Source of the DNA: Desulfurococcaceae archaeon
GTDB lineage: Archaea > Thermoproteota > Thermoprotei_A > Sulfolobales > Desulfurococcaceae
Direction of reading: 5' to 3'
NCBI GenBank assembly: GCA_038824035.1
Contig: JAWBBW010000010.1
Coordinates: 1 to 47,144 of the forward strand
DNA: 47,144 nt
This document shows positions 46,528-47,144 of the stretch, piece by piece. How positions within the stretch are numbered: the stretch's first letter is position 1; the number at the start of each line of letters is the position of its first letter. Under the pieces are notes generated by a model. It saw only the letters and a list, made by a program, of their open reading frames with translations. It was not told the origin of the DNA and ran no database searches. The translations under genes were made by a program, and so were the position numbers.

Positions 46528-47144
46528 GGAGGTATAGGATAGGCGTGATCAAAGGAGATGGTATTGGGCCAGAGGTCGTGGATGCTTCACTGAGGGTATT
46601 GGGTGAACTGGGCTTAGACCTGGAGTTCATCGAGATAAGCGCTGGTTATGGTTATTACAAGAGGACTGGTAAACCAATTGAGGACGGGTTCGTGGACAAG
46701 GTAATGGAAATGGATGCTGTGTTGAAAGGGCCTCTTCACACACCTCCACACGACCCTAGCTTTAGGAGCGTGAACGTGTTGATTAGGAGAACGCTCGATC
46801 TCTACGCTAACATAAGGCCTTTTAAGAGCTATAAGGGGATCTCCCAGCGCGAATTCAATTTCGTGATCATCAGGGAGAACACTGAGGGCGAGTACATAGG
46901 TATTGAAGGGGTTTTCAGTGACATGGCGATCTCGCTCAGAGTTGTAACGGAGAGAGGTTCCAGGAGAATCTGTGATTTCGCGTTCAGGTATGCGAAACTC
47001 CATGGATTTAATAAAGTAACAGTTGTCCATAAGGCCAATATCCTGAAGATCACAGACGGGCTATTCAGAGACGTGTTTTTCCGAGTGGCCTCTAGCTACC
47101 CGGATATAATCGCGGACGAATTAATAGTGGATACAGCGGCATAT
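46521..47144 (+). CDS. Beta-decarboxylating dehydrogenase (isocitrate/homoisocitrate/isopropylmalate DH family), 3'-truncated by window edge
   Basis: Own translation from ATG 46521: GDGIGPEV, KGPLHTP, RSVNV.IR..LDLYANIRP, RENTEGEY, HKANILK.TDGLF, VD. Absent from the ORF track. Confidence 0.93.
   Translation, partial: MVRRYRIGVIKGDGIGPEVVDASLRVLGELGLDLEFIEISAGYGYYKRTGKPIEDGFVDKVMEMDAVLKGPLHTPPHDPSFRSVNVLIRRTLDLYANIRPFKSYKGISQREFNFVIIRENTEGEYIGIEGVFSDMAISLRVVTERGSRRICDFAFRYAKLHGFNKVTVVHKANILKITDGLFRDVFFRVASSYPDIIADELIVDTAAY

Noticed and set aside
1-47144. CRISPR arrays, tRNA or rRNA genes, IS elements, integrases
   Set aside because: No regularly spaced repeats, cloverleaf-compatible segments, GC-rich rRNA-like stretches, transposase ORFs or terminal inverted repeats were seen on manual reading.

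Overview
Archaeal chromosomal segment, about 44% GC by eye, with GGTG(A) ribosome-binding sites, TATA promoters and frequent TTG/GTG starts. Gene content points to a hyperthermophilic crenarchaeote, probably Desulfurococcaceae-like (inference). About 1-34 kb is mostly housekeeping: GH1 glycosidase (partial), serS, tandem eIF-2B-family genes, rpiA, aminotransferase, tiaS, deoxyhypusine synthase, PCNA, PhoH-KH, Trm5 family, nth, asnS, an Ard1-type acetyltransferase, a nearly complete archaeal CoA pathway (coaBC, PPS, PoK, panB, panE) and two paralogous ABC-2 exporters. About 34.3-47.1 kb is a metabolic block: a beta-hydroxyacid dehydrogenase / class I aldolase / IolB trio, then a LysW-type lysine cluster (lysWXJK, lysYZM) and a synthase-aconitase-dehydrogenase operon. 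Features missing from the ORF track: two C/D box guide sRNAs (7668-7720 and 9036-9084, minus strand), an M55 D-aminopeptidase pseudogene (8559-8975), lysW (40539-40709), phased LysM-like operators and the truncated terminal dehydrogenase. The most interesting candidate is the upper lysine module. Its synthase looks like the Re-citrate synthase clade but carries a homocitrate-synthase-type R-x-S pocket, and it is paired with a dehydrogenase bearing an isocitrate-type S-x-N motif. No CRISPR array, tRNA, rRNA or mobile element was seen. All family calls come from motif recognition by eye; no database search was run.
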